A stretch of DNA of 61,069 nt, filler included, from Asterionella formosa (GCA_002256025.1; 18 parts of 18 records of this genome joined end to end with filler, not necessarily neighbours in it), one strand, 5' to 3'. Positions 11,534 through 23,826 are shown, counted from the first letter of the whole stretch. Notes: generated by a model from the letters alone, not told the origin. Translations and numbers: made by a program.

Positions 11534-13620
11534 ATCGCTAGCGCTAATCGATCTTAAAACAGTAATTACATGATACTTTTTATTAAAACATATTTTAGAA
11601 AAATCTGGTCCATCCTGTAGAACCAATAAAATTTAGGTAGGTTCATTATAAGGGAAATCTCTTCATTTTCCAAACCTAAATCAGTCAAATTCAGTCACGG
11701 CATTGTAGATTGGGGGGGGGGAAGACACTGAATTATATGGTAGTAGCTAATAAACAGATTTTGCCACATTCATGATATTCCTGATGTGCTATATATATAG
11801 CAGCATTATAGATTGCCAAGGCTGATGAAACTGTCAACATGGATTACCAGCTTATCATAAATCCAGGCATGCATAAAGCTTTATTATTCGATTTGTGACA
11901 AACGAATGATTTGTCTTTGTCAAGAAACTCATGCTCATGCATTAGTGACTTATCAGCTTTTTCTCATTGGTAGCTAATACTAATAGGCAGTAGATTCTTT
12001 TACATACACCAATATATGCTCAATACAGGTCAGTATGCTGGCCAATGAAATCAACAGTCCTAAAGCTTTTGCAGCAGGGTTTGCAAGATGCGTTGAACAA
12101 GCCTGTCGAGTCATTGGCTGAACATGTTGCAGCTTCAGTTGAACAGTGCTGCGACTACCGGTATTGTACTACCTCCATACTACTATTTAAGGGTGATTGC
12201 TCATTGGCACTAAAGAAACATTTCTAAATAAAATATATTTATATTGAATTAATGCAATGGGAGGATATCATGTCGGAATGCGTCTGTTAAGCTGTTGATG
12301 TCAACAGGTGTCCAAAGACTAAATGTCTTCTGAGGAGAAAGTGTCTGTATGGAAATAGACAGTGTTATTACTAAAGCAGAATAATATGGACAAGCAGCAC
12401 AAGCAAGATCTTGACTGATGTTCATTACAGGACAGTACTGGAGCGCTAGGAAGAAGTACCATTTCAACAGGGATATGTACCAACCTGTGCGGCTTCATGA
12501 TACAAAATACTACATCACCTGGTGGTATGACCGGTGCATGGTGGTTACAAATGCGGCTGTGTCTGCAACTTTTCATGCATCCCAAATACCATGAAGTAGG
12601 CACTATTTCTAAACCGCCGCCTTCGCTGTTGACCTTTCAGCACACTCTCTGCTGGCAATGATAGCTCATCCCAAGGAAGTGAGATGGCTTCGCTGAATGG
12701 GGATGGCCTATGGATAGGTGCAATTTCTGGGGCCAGGAGGTAGATCCCGTAGTCCTAGTATTGGCAAAAACCCTGACCCTAGTGTATATGATATTTTGTT
12801 CCTAAAATCTTTTTTAACACATTGTCTTACTCGAAAAAATGCGTTTGCTATTGGTTACATAGACGTGAACATAAATTCTGTTTTTGTAATTGAATATTTA
12901 GCATTTTAAATAAGTTAATCGAAACCAATTCAAAATATATTTATTCATTGAATAGCTATGCATATCGCCAAATGCCGTTTTACACTGCCTGGCCGGCCAC
13001 TCAAATGTCGTTTGGTATGATTTCTTCTACATTAGTTGCACTTGCATTGACCATACTACCAGGGTACCACCGGATATTTAATGGTGATTTCCTCAAAACG
13101 AGCATACCGTCATTTTCTTCCTTCCCACCATTGCTGTTTTTGGGGTGCGTTGCGCATTCCATAATTGAACACAAGTTGCCGTTGTTCTACTGTTATATTC
13201 TACTTTGTATGTATGTTTAGAATAGATGGTTCGAAGAAAAATGGGTCCTCATTCATCTGCATTTTGCTCGAGATAGCCATTAGTGAAAATCGAAAAAGCT
13301 CAAAAACGTGTTTTTGATACCACGTAGTTGCCAATTCAAAATTTACTAGAGTACATATGTATTCCTACACTGGAATTTGCACTGTCACATTGAAAGAAGA
13401 CCAATTCAGATCAAATCTTCTCTACCTTCCCGCCATTATTGTTCTCACAAGTGTTTGGCTTGGTATTGGTTTCGAACTCTTGTCGACTGTGTTGAGAATC
13501 AACCCGTTGTTCTTCCTCCTNNNNNNNNNNNNNNNNNNNNNNNNNNNNNNNNNNNNNNNNNNNNTTAATTAATTAANNNNNNNNNNNNNNNNNNNNNNNN
13601 NNNNNNNNNNNNNNNNNNNN

Positions 13621-14986
13621 ATGTGCTTTATGCACCGGAGTTCAAGCAGAACATCATCAGTGTCTCTAGAATGATCGACAAGGGTAATCAAGTGATCTTC
13701 GAGGACGATAGGATGACGATACGAAACAAGAGCGGTTTTCTAACCTGCAAAAGAGATAAAACTCGAAAGCTCGGAGCAATGTATCATGTCGAAGGTAATC
13801 CGATCATCAAGCAAACGGTGATGGAAGTCGATCAACTACAAGAGAACGCGACACAACAATCGATCGACGACTACAACGAAAACGATTGGACGAAAGTTGA
13901 AGCAAAGAAAACGAACAAAGGAAAGAACAAATGGAATAATCAAAATGGTGAGTTTAAAAATAATTATGTGATTGTCGATATCAATGAAGCGCATGCGATG
14001 CTTGGTCATGTGGGCGAGAAATGTTTGCACGATACGGCGAAATTATTTGAATGGAAGTTGAGCGGCATCATGACAGTGTGCGCAGGCTGTGCGGCAGCGA
14101 AAGCGAAAGCACGAGCCGTCCCAAAAACAACGCAAGAAAAATCGACGGTACCTGGAGAGAGACTGTTTGTGGACATCAGCGGACCCTACGCGAAATCCGC
14201 TGTTGGCAATCAAAGGGCCAGTCATCCGTTACGCTATCAAGCACAGAAGCAGAATACGTTGCAATGTCACAATGTGCTCAAGAGATCAAATTTATTGCAA
14301 TGTTACTGAACGAAGTTACAGGTGGTAAAAATATCCTACCAAGCATTTTACGTGAGGATAATACAGGTGCAATATTCACAGCGAAGAATCAACAACTTGG
14401 AACAAGAACAAAACACATTGATATTAAGTTTCATCATGTCAAGAACATGATAGATGAGGGTGAGTTGCATATTGTTTTTCTAAGATCAGAAAACAATCCA
14501 GCAGACATTTTGACGAAGAATGTCAAAGAGCAGATTTTTACAAGGTTATCTGGACCTGTGCTGAGTGGTACAATTTTAGAACTTCTTGAACATGGTATCG
14601 AGGAGGATGTCAGGAATATAGCGTCAATGGCTATAATGAGTCACAAGGACTGTGGACTCGACTAAAGTCCAATGAGTCAAATGGTGCGTTCCCATGTCAA
14701 GAAGCTTGCTAACGAGATTGATGTCTTAGATCAATCAGAAGAAGGTTTACATCAACGAAAAGGGAACACGAAGAACAGGTTCTCGAAGTGTAATGAATGG
14801 GATTGAAACTTAGTTTTAGTTTAATCTTATAATTAAGAAACAGTGAGAATTGACAGAGTAAGGTCAATAGCGAAAACTAGCACGAAGGCTAGCAGCAGAA
14901 AGAAGATAACAATACTAGTGGTATAACAGGTAAGTTCTACGTAAGAGGAACCCGTCAGACGGGAAGGAGTACGAGACCTTTCAACA
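13621..14986 (+). mobile_element. Internally deleted Ty1/copia LTR retrotransposon (protease tail, integrase Zn finger, RNase H, PPT, 3' LTR)
   Basis: VLYAPEFKQNIISVS (protease end), HAMLGH..CAGC (HHCC) and PGERLFVDISGP are followed directly by WQSKGQSSVTLSSTEAEYVA, EDNTGAI, RTKHIDIKFH and SENNPADILTK (RNase H). The PPT GAGGAGGA lies at 14600-14607. Confidence 0.92.
14608..14986 (+). repeat. Putative 3' LTR of the copia element
   Basis: It begins TGTCAGG immediately after the polypurine tract. The most plausible end is TTTCAACA at 14986 (TG...CA rule). No second LTR is present to confirm the end. Confidence 0.6.
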
Positions 14987-15217
14987 AGTGAGTACATAGT
15001 ACAGTATTGAATTTGATTGCTCGTCCGCCCCGCCGTTTCGAATGAATTCATTCGTTGCTGGCATCATGCATCATGATGCAGCCTTTATCATTGAATACAC
15101 GGTAAACGGTACACATGGTGCCAGGTACATGATACCGGTACCAGTACCGTTGTCTAAAACTAGCAACTCTTTATTTGTTCGTTTCAATTCAATTTACCGG
15201 TAATTGGTAGCACCAGC

Positions 15218-16395
15218 ATGAGCTTTCAAGACGTCGGTAAACCGGGCAGTCGTCCGAATCGGTCGCATCTAACGACACAGCCCACCATTCCAGAAGCCTC
15301 GACGTCGATCTCCAAGACCGGACCATCACTGGCTCAAGTCAGTGATGGAATTCTTCAATATCAGGTAACGAATCGCGTGTGGAAATTTTGATCTGATATG
15401 GATCTTGATGCGTTACTTTGCTGGTTCGATTGTCCTCTACCTTTGGCTTGCTTCATCTTATCTCACACTCTGTACGTTTAATGAATGACGATACAGCGCA
15501 ATGTGGGAATCTTGGAACGGATTAGTCGCATGGTTGGAACGAAAGCCGATGGACCAGAGTTGGAATTGCAGTAAGTTATAAAGCAGTTTTCTCGTCATTT
15601 ATTTTCCGTCTTTGTTAACAGCCGCACACACACCATCACTGACCCAGAAATTATCCTATAAATACATAATAACAGATACAATACTCAAGTTGACGTGCTA
15701 ACGCAACTCGGGGACAAGCTGGAATCACAACTAGCTCTCCAAGAGAAGCAGCTAGAGGCACTGCCTCGGACCGAAGCCGCAAAACAAAGGGCCACGCATA
15801 TTAAGTTGGTGAAAGACTTTCGTCGTGTTGAATCCACATTTAAAAATATCACATTGGAAACGAGACGAAACAGAGCAAGGCATAGTGAGCAAGTCAAAAA
15901 TACTTCTACGGACGAACCTGTCATGACGGAGGTCGAAGGAGATCGGATGCATTTGGAACTTCAGTTGCAACAAGAGGTTAGTTGCTATTTCATTCAATTC
16001 CACAGATTTTTCAGGTCGGGTCAATAGACTCCTGTAGAATTATTCTAACGTGCCTTTTCAATTGACTCTTGACAGAAACTTAATCAGGAAATTATGAGAG
16101 AACGAGAGGAAGAAATTCGCAATATCAATCGCGGAATGCACCAGGTCAATGAAATTTACAAGGTAAGCACACGTTGTCATTTTGGTTTGCATTTCTAATC
16201 TCAATGGAGTAGAAGCTGACCCACGGAAATCGTATGGATTCACAGGATCTAGCTCACATTGTTGGGTCACAGCAAGAGCAAGTCGATCAAATTGAAAATC
16301 AAATGGAACAATCCAAAGCAAACGCAGAGCAAGGTTTAAGCCACATTCAAAAGGCAAATCTAAAGGCATCGCAATCTCAGTGTTTAATATCTTAG
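15218..16395 (+). CDS. Syntaxin-7/12 / SYP2 / Pep12-like Qa-SNARE ending in a CaaX motif; exons 15218-15364, 15497-15570, 15676-15976, 16076-16162, 16246-16395
   Basis: It starts MSFQDV (SYP2-like). It has Habc-like KLVKDFRRVESTF and the SNARE motif REREEEIRNINRGMHQVNEIYKDLAHIVGSQQEQVDQIENQMEQSKANAEQGLSHIQKA. All introns are GT-AG and in frame. It ends SQSQCLIS-stop. Confidence 0.88.
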
Positions 16396-16577
16396 AAGAC
16401 ATTCCATTAGAAATGAAGACGGGGATTTTGCGAAACCAGAAACCGAGGGCTCCTTGAGGTCTATTTTCTAGAACCAATTAACAAAAATCTTTAAACTGCT
16501 TAAAACCAGCAATTAGTCTTAGCTCCAGGTTATTTCTCACTGAAACACGATTTGTCAGGAATGATTCAAATCCATGT

Positions 16578-16923
16578 CTAGCCGGGTCGCACTATTGACT
16601 GCTGCTCGTTATCGTCGGGACCTTCCGTGACATCGCCTCCTGTCTCGCCTGCAAACCCTTCCAACTCGTTGTCAGACTCCGTCAATACGATGCCATTGTC
16701 ATTACGAACATCAGAATTTTCGTTTCCTTCTTTATCGAGTGGGTCAATGACAAAGTCTCTCCGACAACACGGGCATAGAGACCCTGCAAGTTGTTTCATG
16801 AGCCACTTTTCCATGCAGGCCGTATGAAAACAATGTTCGCAAAGTGGATTAGACGACCAAACAACGTCATCACCAATTTTGTAGGATGAAATACAAATTG
16901 CACATTCGCCGGCTACATCTCGT
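16578..16923 (-). CDS. RING-H2 zinc finger protein, C-terminal part (5' end cut by contig edge)
   Basis: CAICISSYKIGDDVVWSSNPLCEHCFHTACMEKWL...CPCCRRDF is a RING-H2-like ligand pattern. Confidence 0.85.
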
Positions 16924-17040
16924 NNNNNNNNNNNNNNNNNNNNNNNNNNNNNNNNNNNNNNNNNNNNTTAATTAATTAANNNNNNNNNNNNNNNNNNNNN
17001 NNNNNNNNNNNNNNNNNNNNNNNTGTGTAACTATCTCTCA

Positions 17041-17304
17041 TTATACCTTTCCCACCGCCGTCATGACACCATCAAAAAAACCCTTGGCAAATACTCCCAC
17101 GTATGTAAAGAAGGAAGATAGAAAGATCCATCCGAATATGTGAAACCACAAACGTTCATCTCGGTCCAACATGTACAAGCCAGTCCAAATGTTGTAACGA
17201 TATATGAACTTTTGAAAAAATCCTCCATTGTAGCATAGAACATCCGTGTTGGTGTTGGAGATTTTGACACTTGATGATGCGGTGGCGGTGTTAGTTGTTG
17301 TCAT
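17041..17304 (-). CDS. Serine palmitoyltransferase small subunit-like protein
   Basis: 87 aa. YRYNIWTGLYMLDRDERLWFHIF followed by one TM helix matches the ssSPT pattern (Y..xTxLYMLxxxER..F). Confidence 0.75.
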   Translation of the reverse strand: MTTTNTATASSSVKISNTNTDVLCYNGGFFQKFIYRYNIWTGLYMLDRDERLWFHIFGWIFLSSFFTYVGVFAKGFFDGVMTAVGKV

Positions 17305-17726
17305 GATGGTAGTTGATATTATTTCGACGTGAGGGAAAGGATTTGTTCAGGATCAATCAATTGAAATGGCTGCTGTTGCTCATCGAACTGAGTGGCTGAA
17401 GGAATACAATGATGAAAGGCAATGCTGCGATGCGCTATCATGTATGACATTGCTTACATGCCGGTACACCATCTATGCTTACTCTCATATATTCATATAC
17501 AGCACCTGCTACCTCTATCCTGTATCTGTGATAGAATACCCAGTACCGGTATGCTGGATTGAAAATGAAGATCATGCTTGAGTGTAAGTGGTGTTTTGGT
17601 ATCATAGCTACGTAAGCATACCGGTAATTCCTGTAGTCTGGTGCAGGTACATGCATTTATTTTTATCTCGTATCATGTATCTGCTCATGTAGAATGGCTG
17701 TTGTTTCTCCTTATGTAACGGTACCA

Positions 17727-17782
17727 GGTACCAGTACCAACCTGGTACCAGGTACCAGGTACCAGGTACCAGGTACCAGGTA
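17727..17782. repeat. Tandem (GGTACCA)n heptamer array
   Basis: GGTACCAGGTACCAGTACCAACCTGGTACCAGGTACCAGGTACCAGGTACCAGGTACCAGGTA is directly visible. Confidence 0.9.
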
Positions 17783-18220
17783 AGTAGTCTCTATTACCGG
17801 GTAACCGGGTATAAAAATAGTAATGATAGTAGGTAGACTACCAGGTACCGGTATATCTTAGGTATTTTATACTCGGGAGCTCGGGTGATAATAGATAACG
17901 GTATGTACCAGGTATGCAATTTCAACCCAGTGCTATCCTAGAATGAGCGACCCAAAACATTTCACAAACAAAATAAACCTCATTGGTCGACATGCATTCC
18001 ATGATTGCATGGCATTGACTGGCATTACAACAGAAAGAAAAAAAGTTGACCTCTTGACTCTGCACTATACGTACGTAGGCTGTTATTTATTTGCTGGGGT
18101 GTTTCGATACGCCTCAAGCACGGCAAAGAAGGATGAGCCCAAAAGCAGCTCATCATCACACATGTATCAACATAGCAACAGCGATTGAGCTCCCTTTGCT
18201 TTGAAGAAAAAGTCAAGTCC

Positions 18221-19585
18221 ATGACAATTATAAGAATGAGATATTCGTCGAAAGAGAAGCGAAATTCAAGAGTCGAAGTATGGTTATTACTTTCAACTAT
18301 CGCATTTGCTATAATTTCCTTCGTCCATCATCACTCCCAGATTATTATTCTCAACGATCAGACACCCCTCATCGACTCAAGCTTCCATAATGGAATCAGT
18401 ATCACCAGCAGCAGAATACCATCTCTTGAAATTATGCAACGCCAGCTTGAACAGCTTTCCATTCGATACTACGTCCACTCAGATCCACGGATTTCTCAAC
18501 CAAACATTACTGAAAATTTGATTCTGAATCGAGGTCGTGGTCGTCTCAAGGAACGATTCCGTCCCGAAGCACTTTTAGAGCATGCCGTATTGGAGGCACT
18601 TGAGAAGCATCCTCTTCGGACACGCATCGCACAAGAGGCTCAATTATTTATCATCCCGCTTCGTGTCGGGGCCAGCGTCATACATCGTGGCTTGCATATG
18701 CCAAAAGTAATTGCCGCACTTTCCGAGCACGAACATTGGAATTATGGACACGGACATGTGATTGTAGCCTTGAATACAGCTACATTTACCTATGAGCATC
18801 GGTCTGATGTAGCTAGACATGGATTCAACAAGGAAATTTATGATTTTTTTGCCAATGTAACGGTCGTCAAGTCTTGGGATGACTTTCGCTGTGCCCAACT
18901 TACTCACAACGCAGCCATTCGACATGACTACAAGGGACTATTTGCGGAATCCAAATACACCATGTCTAGATACGGATTTTCATTGGGACTTTTGGCGGAA
19001 CCATCGTTACCCTACCTTGAAGCGTCCTATACAGATAAATTCGAACATGCATCCAATTGGATCTTTTATCGCACCCGTGTCCATACTTCGTTTTACAACT
19101 CGACACCCTATCGACATGCTCCACTGTCGGTCAGTAAAACATCGATTCCTTTTAACCAATCATGTATTGGATTTGATTTGAACAAGACAGAATGGTTGCA
19201 GCAATTTGTGAATTCCAAATACTGTTTGGCGATTCGAGGAGATACACCTCATACACATGCATTAATCCGTGCCGTCAAGGTGGGATGTATCCCTTTGATT
19301 GTGAGTGATTATTATCCACTGTATGCACCAACATTCTCATCAACAATCGATATGAGCCGATATAGTATTTTCATTGGTGAAGGAGCCTTTATGAAAGACC
19401 CAGCAGGGGCCTTGATGGGTGCCTTGGCACAAAGTCAAGTGGAAACCGAGGCCAGATTAAGAGAGCTGCGGTTTGCTCAGCGAGTACTTCTCTACGATCA
19501 TCCCAAAAGCTTGTTCGTTCAGGCATTCATGAAGGAAGCTCTGTTGGCATCAGAACTACCGCCAAGTAAGTATAGCTTTGTATAG
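18221..19585 (+). CDS. Exostosin family glycosyltransferase (GT47), type II membrane protein
   Basis: N-terminal TM segment (VWLLLSTIAFAIISFV), HPLRTRIAQEAQLFIIP and SKYCLAIRGDTPHTHALIRAVKVGCIPLIVSD (exostosin signature). The start codon is uncertain (18221 or 18236). Confidence 0.88.
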   Translation: MTIIRMRYSSKEKRNSRVEVWLLLSTIAFAIISFVHHHSQIIILNDQTPLIDSSFHNGISITSSRIPSLEIMQRQLEQLSIRYYVHSDPRISQPNITENLILNRGRGRLKERFRPEALLEHAVLEALEKHPLRTRIAQEAQLFIIPLRVGASVIHRGLHMPKVIAALSEHEHWNYGHGHVIVALNTATFTYEHRSDVARHGFNKEIYDFFANVTVVKSWDDFRCAQLTHNAAIRHDYKGLFAESKYTMSRYGFSLGLLAEPSLPYLEASYTDKFEHASNWIFYRTRVHTSFYNSTPYRHAPLSVSKTSIPFNQSCIGFDLNKTEWLQQFVNSKYCLAIRGDTPHTHALIRAVKVGCIPLIVSDYYPLYAPTFSSTIDMSRYSIFIGEGAFMKDPAGALMGALAQSQVETEARLRELRFAQRVLLYDHPKSLFVQAFMKEALLASELPPSKYSFV

Positions 19586-19844
19586 AAAATCAAAGTAACA
19601 CTATTGACATGGCCGGAGAATTCTACTGAAGCCACATGTGGAGCCGTACGTCGTTGTTTACTTGTTTATATATTTTATAAAAAGTGAATTACGTAAATGT
19701 CAGACTGCGCTTTGTTGGTGATGAAGTCAAAACGACATATGAGGGATGTTTATCTGGACTGATACCTATTATACGATCATATTTTGGTTCCCTGTCTGAT
19801 GTCCTCATGTGATGAACATTATGCATGTCATGTATCTTTTTCAT

Positions 19845-20268
19845 CTATTCAAAGTCTGGAATGTCATCAATATCTTTAACATTCAATCCACCCAAAAACC
19901 AGCCGACTCTTCTCTTATCGGTGATATCTACAATAGATGCAAGAATGAAAGAAGCAAAAAGTCAGCCCAATAGCATGGAAAAGTGATTTCATTGGTTCGG
20001 AGTACATACCAATCTTCTTGTCCTTCTCTGGGGCCTTGACATTCTTCAACGAAACAGTCTTGACCTTCTTTTCATCCGATCCGCGACGGCTAGTACTGGT
20101 AGAACCCACTTCGCTGATCTTGTCAGCGGCTTCAAACATCATTTCGCCAAGCCACGGGTTGATGTATGGGTCTTCGAGAAAGAAATTGTTGAACATGCGA
20201 GATACTCTCATTTCGATCGCGTGAACAGCGAGAAAGGAGGCAAAGAGACAGATGATGATTGAGCGCAT
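19845..20268 (-). CDS. Small secreted hypothetical protein, 2 exons (intron 20009-19928)
   Basis: Signal peptide MRSIIICLFASFLAVHA. A GTATGT..TGTAG intron gives the C-terminus DITDKRRVGWFLGGLNVKDIDDIPDFE-stop. Confidence 0.6.
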
Positions 20269-20425
20269 AATGGCAAAGATTGCGTCTGTGATGATTCCAA
20301 TACGAAGTCCGGCAAACTATTTGTTNNNNNNNNNNNNNNNNNNNNNNNNNNNNNNNNNNNNNNNNNNNNTTAATTAATTAANNNNNNNNNNNNNNNNNNN
20401 NNNNNNNNNNNNNNNNNNNNNNNNN

Positions 20426-23400
20426 GAGGAGGGGAGTCCGATAACTAACCTGACAAGCTCAAAAGGAGATTGGAAGGTGTGTTTGTTAAAAGAGTGATTA
20501 GATTAAGTTAATATAGAAGAACGATGATTTATGCATAGGTACTGTCAGACAAACAGACACAGACATATACTGACACGTCATGTAAAGAGGTGATTCACAA
20601 CATCCCCCCCATCTCATAACAAAATGAGATAAAAGGAGTAGAATCAATGATTGTCAAAGAACTGATTTGTCAGGCCGTGCAAGCGTGGCGACCGCACGAT
20701 GACCAGCATCGATAAATTGATATCCCATCATAGTCATGCAATGAGCACGTAGAGTAGAATACGGGAGTGCCTTGGTAAAATGGTTGGCTAAATTATGAGC
20801 AGACGAGACCCGGGTAAAATGGGCTCTGCCATGACAGAAATTTTCTTGCAAAGCCTGCGTTTTTGTAGCAATATGACGGACATTGCGTGTTAATTCACCC
20901 GCATGCGCAATGATTTGTGCAGCAGAATTGTCTTCTCCAATGGAGATAGCATCATGATAAGGAATTGACATATCCTCCATGTAAATGCGTAGCCACAAAA
21001 CATGTTTAGATAAGGTGGTGGCTGCATCAAGTTCTGCTTCAGTAGTATTGTATGCTGTTGTACTTTGTTTGCGGCACAATGTAATTACTGCAGTATCATT
21101 AATCATAATGACACCACCAGAATATGCTAACCAGTCAAATATGGCACCTCCAAAGTTAGCATCCGCATAGCCTTTGGTGGTAGGTGCTATTCCAAAAAGA
21201 GGTTTGCTGATATTAGAAAAATGTTTCTGTTCTTGAAGCGTGGATGATAATGAGGTAGATACTGATGAAGTGGAGATCAGACTAGTCATAATACGGGGCA
21301 TATGCCAGAAAGTTTGATCTTTGTCAAATTGGTGAGCTTCAACGCTGATGACAGTAGGTTCACCCAGCCACGGAGCAGCTTGACTGATATGTGAAACCGA
21401 AACCGTGGAACCCCTAGATACTTTTCTGTTGAATGCAAGTGGAATATCCAGATATTGACGGAGGTGTTTTGCAATTTGTAGTAACGCATCAAAATGTAAT
21501 GATCCAGGAGCATTTTGATATTGAGCCAGCCTTTGTACTGCTGTTTGTATATCAAGCCTGGTCCATTGGCATAGGTGTTGAAATTGCCCCAACAACGTCC
21601 TATATTCAAAGCCATAAAGATGAATCGCTTTATGAAGTTCACTTGGAGAATATGGTATACAACTAGCAAGTGCTTCTTCATGTTGTACGCCACCTGAGCA
21701 TAGGAATCATGTTGGTTCTTGTTTATCCCAGGACAAACCATAAACATATTGAAGAACGTCATGAACCATATGAATTTGGTCAATTGTCATACAATTGGAA
21801 CTAAACAGGAATCTGAGACCAAAAAAATGAGAGACTTGCCCCATATTGTGTATCTTCCAGTGAGATTCAAGAGTAGTAACAATATGGTTGTATGTATCCA
21901 GTGATGAAGTTCCTATCAAAATATCATCAGTGGCTCTGGCTAAGATGACATGACATTGATTAATTGTACCTTGGTAGATGCATTGATCTGCGCGATTTTT
22001 GATTAGGCCCAGTTGTCCACAGAGCACTTTATCATCATGTTCTCCCCATTCTCGAGAAGCGGGTCCATATAAGAGACATTGAGCCATGAGTCCAATAAGT
22101 TTAATGGAGACCTCAGCTTTTCCGTTTTGCGAGGATGAGTACGCGCCAGTGGGCTCCACCGAGATGTGCAGCAGAGACAACTCGGTCTTGAGCGTGTGGT
22201 TAGCAAATAATTCCCCATCCATACGGATACGGCACACACGGTTGCCAGTCCGGATCTGCAAGTGTTGGATGATCCAAAGGATGAGTTTTGCTGGTGTAGT
22301 GTGTGATTGACGACAGAATGTCCAACGATGATTAGAGATTGCCTCTGTGACTACTAAAAAGCATTTGAATCCACGGCAGGATTGTTTACCATAGAATCCA
22401 AAATCCATATGGATAAGACTTCCAAGAACCTTGAAAGGAGATTCAACAGTAGGACCTCTGGATAAGGAGGGCAGTTTTTCTTTGAAACAGATTGGACAGG
22501 AGAATGTGTCTGGTATAGGGACATTCAAAGGGAGACCCATAACGCTTGTTCCATTGAGCAATAATTCCATAGCACGCCGGCCTGGGCAGCCCATTCGAAG
22601 ATGAATGAGATGATAAAGTCCTGATGGTTTCATGGTTTTGATAAGGTCAATAGCAGAGGTGGTAATCCCTAAAGACGGTTTATGTAAATGGACAATGATG
22701 TAGTCTGCATCATCAAAGGTCAATAACTTGAAAGAATATTCTTTCCCGTTGGGAAGTTTTAACCATAACAGGTTACCTGTGGGACGAAGTTGATGATCAG
22801 CCTCATAGCCTAGGCATTTGAGAGCACGAATACTGAGGGAGCGCCGCCGATAGTGTGGCATTTCCACTGTGTTGGGAAGTGATACCTCCAGTTCAACAGT
22901 TCTATCTGATGAAATGAAACATGGATAAAGTGTGCCAATGTATCCAACTTTATCGGCGTCACCAAGTTTAGCAGTCTGGCATAAAACAGTGGAGCTCACA
23001 ACATTCTGTAATTCGTTGCTCATGCAAGTGACATTCCCATTTGCTCCAGTGTCCACATGCATCAAAGTTTCACCTTTGTGGAGGTTTGCAGCAAATTCCA
23101 GACCAGTGGTGGATGAGGAAGTGGAGGAGTGCGGTAGAGAGGAAGAGATATGTGTAAGAACTTCAGTGGGATCAGAGTTTATCAGAGCTAAGTCATCAAC
23201 AACCTTGTGTGAATCACAAATATGAGCAACAAAAGCGACCATGCCTGTGTGATAAACTGGGGAAGATGTGATAACCTGATCATTGTCAATATCATGAAGT
23301 CCAGGGGATCTAGGAGTGGGGACATTCCAGCTGTATTGATGAGAAAATGGTGCAATGTTATACATGTTCTCTCTCAATGTGATATGTATATCATCTATGA

Positions 23401-23726
23401 CAGACTGAAGGTGTGTAGGCTCCGCATTCTTGTCCTCAGGCATGGTGGAAATAGCCTGAACTGTAAAGAGTTGAGTATTTGCTGGAGTGGTGTCTCGTGG
23501 ACCAGAGCAACCAAGAGAACCACAAGGAGGTCGAGCAGGGGTTGCATCAAACGGAGAGAGCCGAGCAATTTTAGCAGAATGTGCTTTGACAAGTAGTTCT
23601 TTTCGGTTGTCTGAGAGTCGATTGAGATGCCAACAATCGGGCGTTTTATGGTTACTACCAAAACAAATACAACAACAGAGAGGGTCATGTTTGACACCAC
23701 ACCAAGGAAAGAGACACATTTGGTGA
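20426..23726 (-). mobile_element. Degenerate Ty1/copia (CoDi-like) LTR retrotransposon: Gag knuckle, protease, integrase, partial RT, RNase H, PPT and partial 3' LTR (20602-20426)
   Basis: CICFGSNHKTPDC knuckle, HVDTGAN protease, HLRMGC..CPIC, IHMDFG, RMDGE and SSQNGKAE integrase motifs, DQCIY..RATDDIL RT, and GYADANFG, NTTEAE, GEDNSAA, NLANHFTKAL RNase H. The PPT GAGATGGGGGGGA (20615-20603) precedes TGTTG. There is a frameshift near 21710. Confidence 0.93.
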
Positions 23727-23826
23727 NNNNNNNNNNNNNNNNNNNNNNNNNNNNNNNNNNNNNNNNNNNNTTAATTAATTAANNNNNNNNNNNNNNNNNN
23801 NNNNNNNNNNNNNNNNNNNNNNNNNN

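Noticed and set aside
11820..11840. CTGATGA hammerhead-like core (also at about 29468)
   Set aside because: No stem II followed by GAAA and no flanking stem I/III pairing.
15057..15083. Inverted repeat GCATCATG-CAT-CATGATGC upstream of the syntaxin
   Set aside because: A short, low-complexity CATG-rich palindrome with no supporting evidence of function.
17727..17782. Possible CRISPR-like repeat array
   Set aside because: These are contiguous 7-nt units without spacers, in a eukaryotic context with no cas genes.
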